This document shows, piece by piece, positions 63,507-64,000 of a stretch of 64,000 nt of DNA. Made by a program: the position numbers and the translations under genes. Origin of the DNA: Azolla caroliniana (Eukaryota > Plantae > Polypodiophyta); the NCBI GenBank assembly GCA_043228905.1, contig JBHGNT010000001.1:36704001-36768000 (forward strand), read 5' to 3'. A model generated the notes under the pieces. That model saw only the letters and a program-made list of their open reading frames with translations. It made no database searches and had not been told where the DNA came from. The number at the start of each line of letters is the position of its first letter. Position 1 is the first letter of the stretch.

Positions 63507-64000
63507 AAGCTTTCAAGGTAGATAACAATGTATTCCTCCTTGTAATAAATAAACAACACAAGTTATCATAGTCTCATGCATTTTGTATAATAAATTTATC
63601 TACATCTCTTAAAAAACGTTTGCTTGTATTAGGTGTAATATGTCATTCTATTCATGATCATTCTCAACATGTTTCAACAACACTATTTTAAAGTAACAGC
63701 CATATTTAAGTTTTTTGAGTGTCATAGAAACGAGAAAGATTTTGTTTTTATTGATTTGACTTCTAATGTTAAATTCATGTATTTCGTTTACCCAAAAGAT
63801 GTATATTTCCACAAAAGAAATAATAGGTAAAATGAGTTGTTGCTCAACAAATTCCCATTCTATCATTATGTTATAGTACGAGTTTGATGTTGTGGGCCAA
63901 AAATGGTTAAGACTTAAATTCAAATGCCCGCAACCCATACAACAAGTCCAATGTTGGATTATTGTAGAATTGTGTTTGTGTGTGTGTCATAGTACGTAAA

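Overview
Eukaryotic land-plant nuclear DNA. The PPR-fragment style, LINE remnants and GA/CA microsatellites suggest a fern or other non-seed plant (inference). Six recognisable genes can be spliced by hand: PTH2 (7 exons, one GC-AG intron), an intronless MEKK-type MAPKKK, intronless tubulin cofactor C, the meiotic DSB factor PRD1 (9 exons), an organellar small heat-shock protein with a perfect upstream HSE, and a class VIII myosin. A seventh, unrecognised small spliced gene with a mitochondrial-type presequence lies at about 3-5 kb. The most striking signal is the myosin VIII: its reading frame and splice sites are intact, but the purine loop, P-loop, switch I and switch II motifs are all destroyed, pointing to a motor-dead pseudo-ATPase myosin. 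The 14-28 kb interval is a mosaic of LINE remnants, a solo LTR, a G/T-rich satellite, captured PPR/actin/cullin-1 fragments (the cullin piece intronless and permuted) and two convergent tRNA-like elements. All calls come from manual translation and recalled family motifs; no database search was run.
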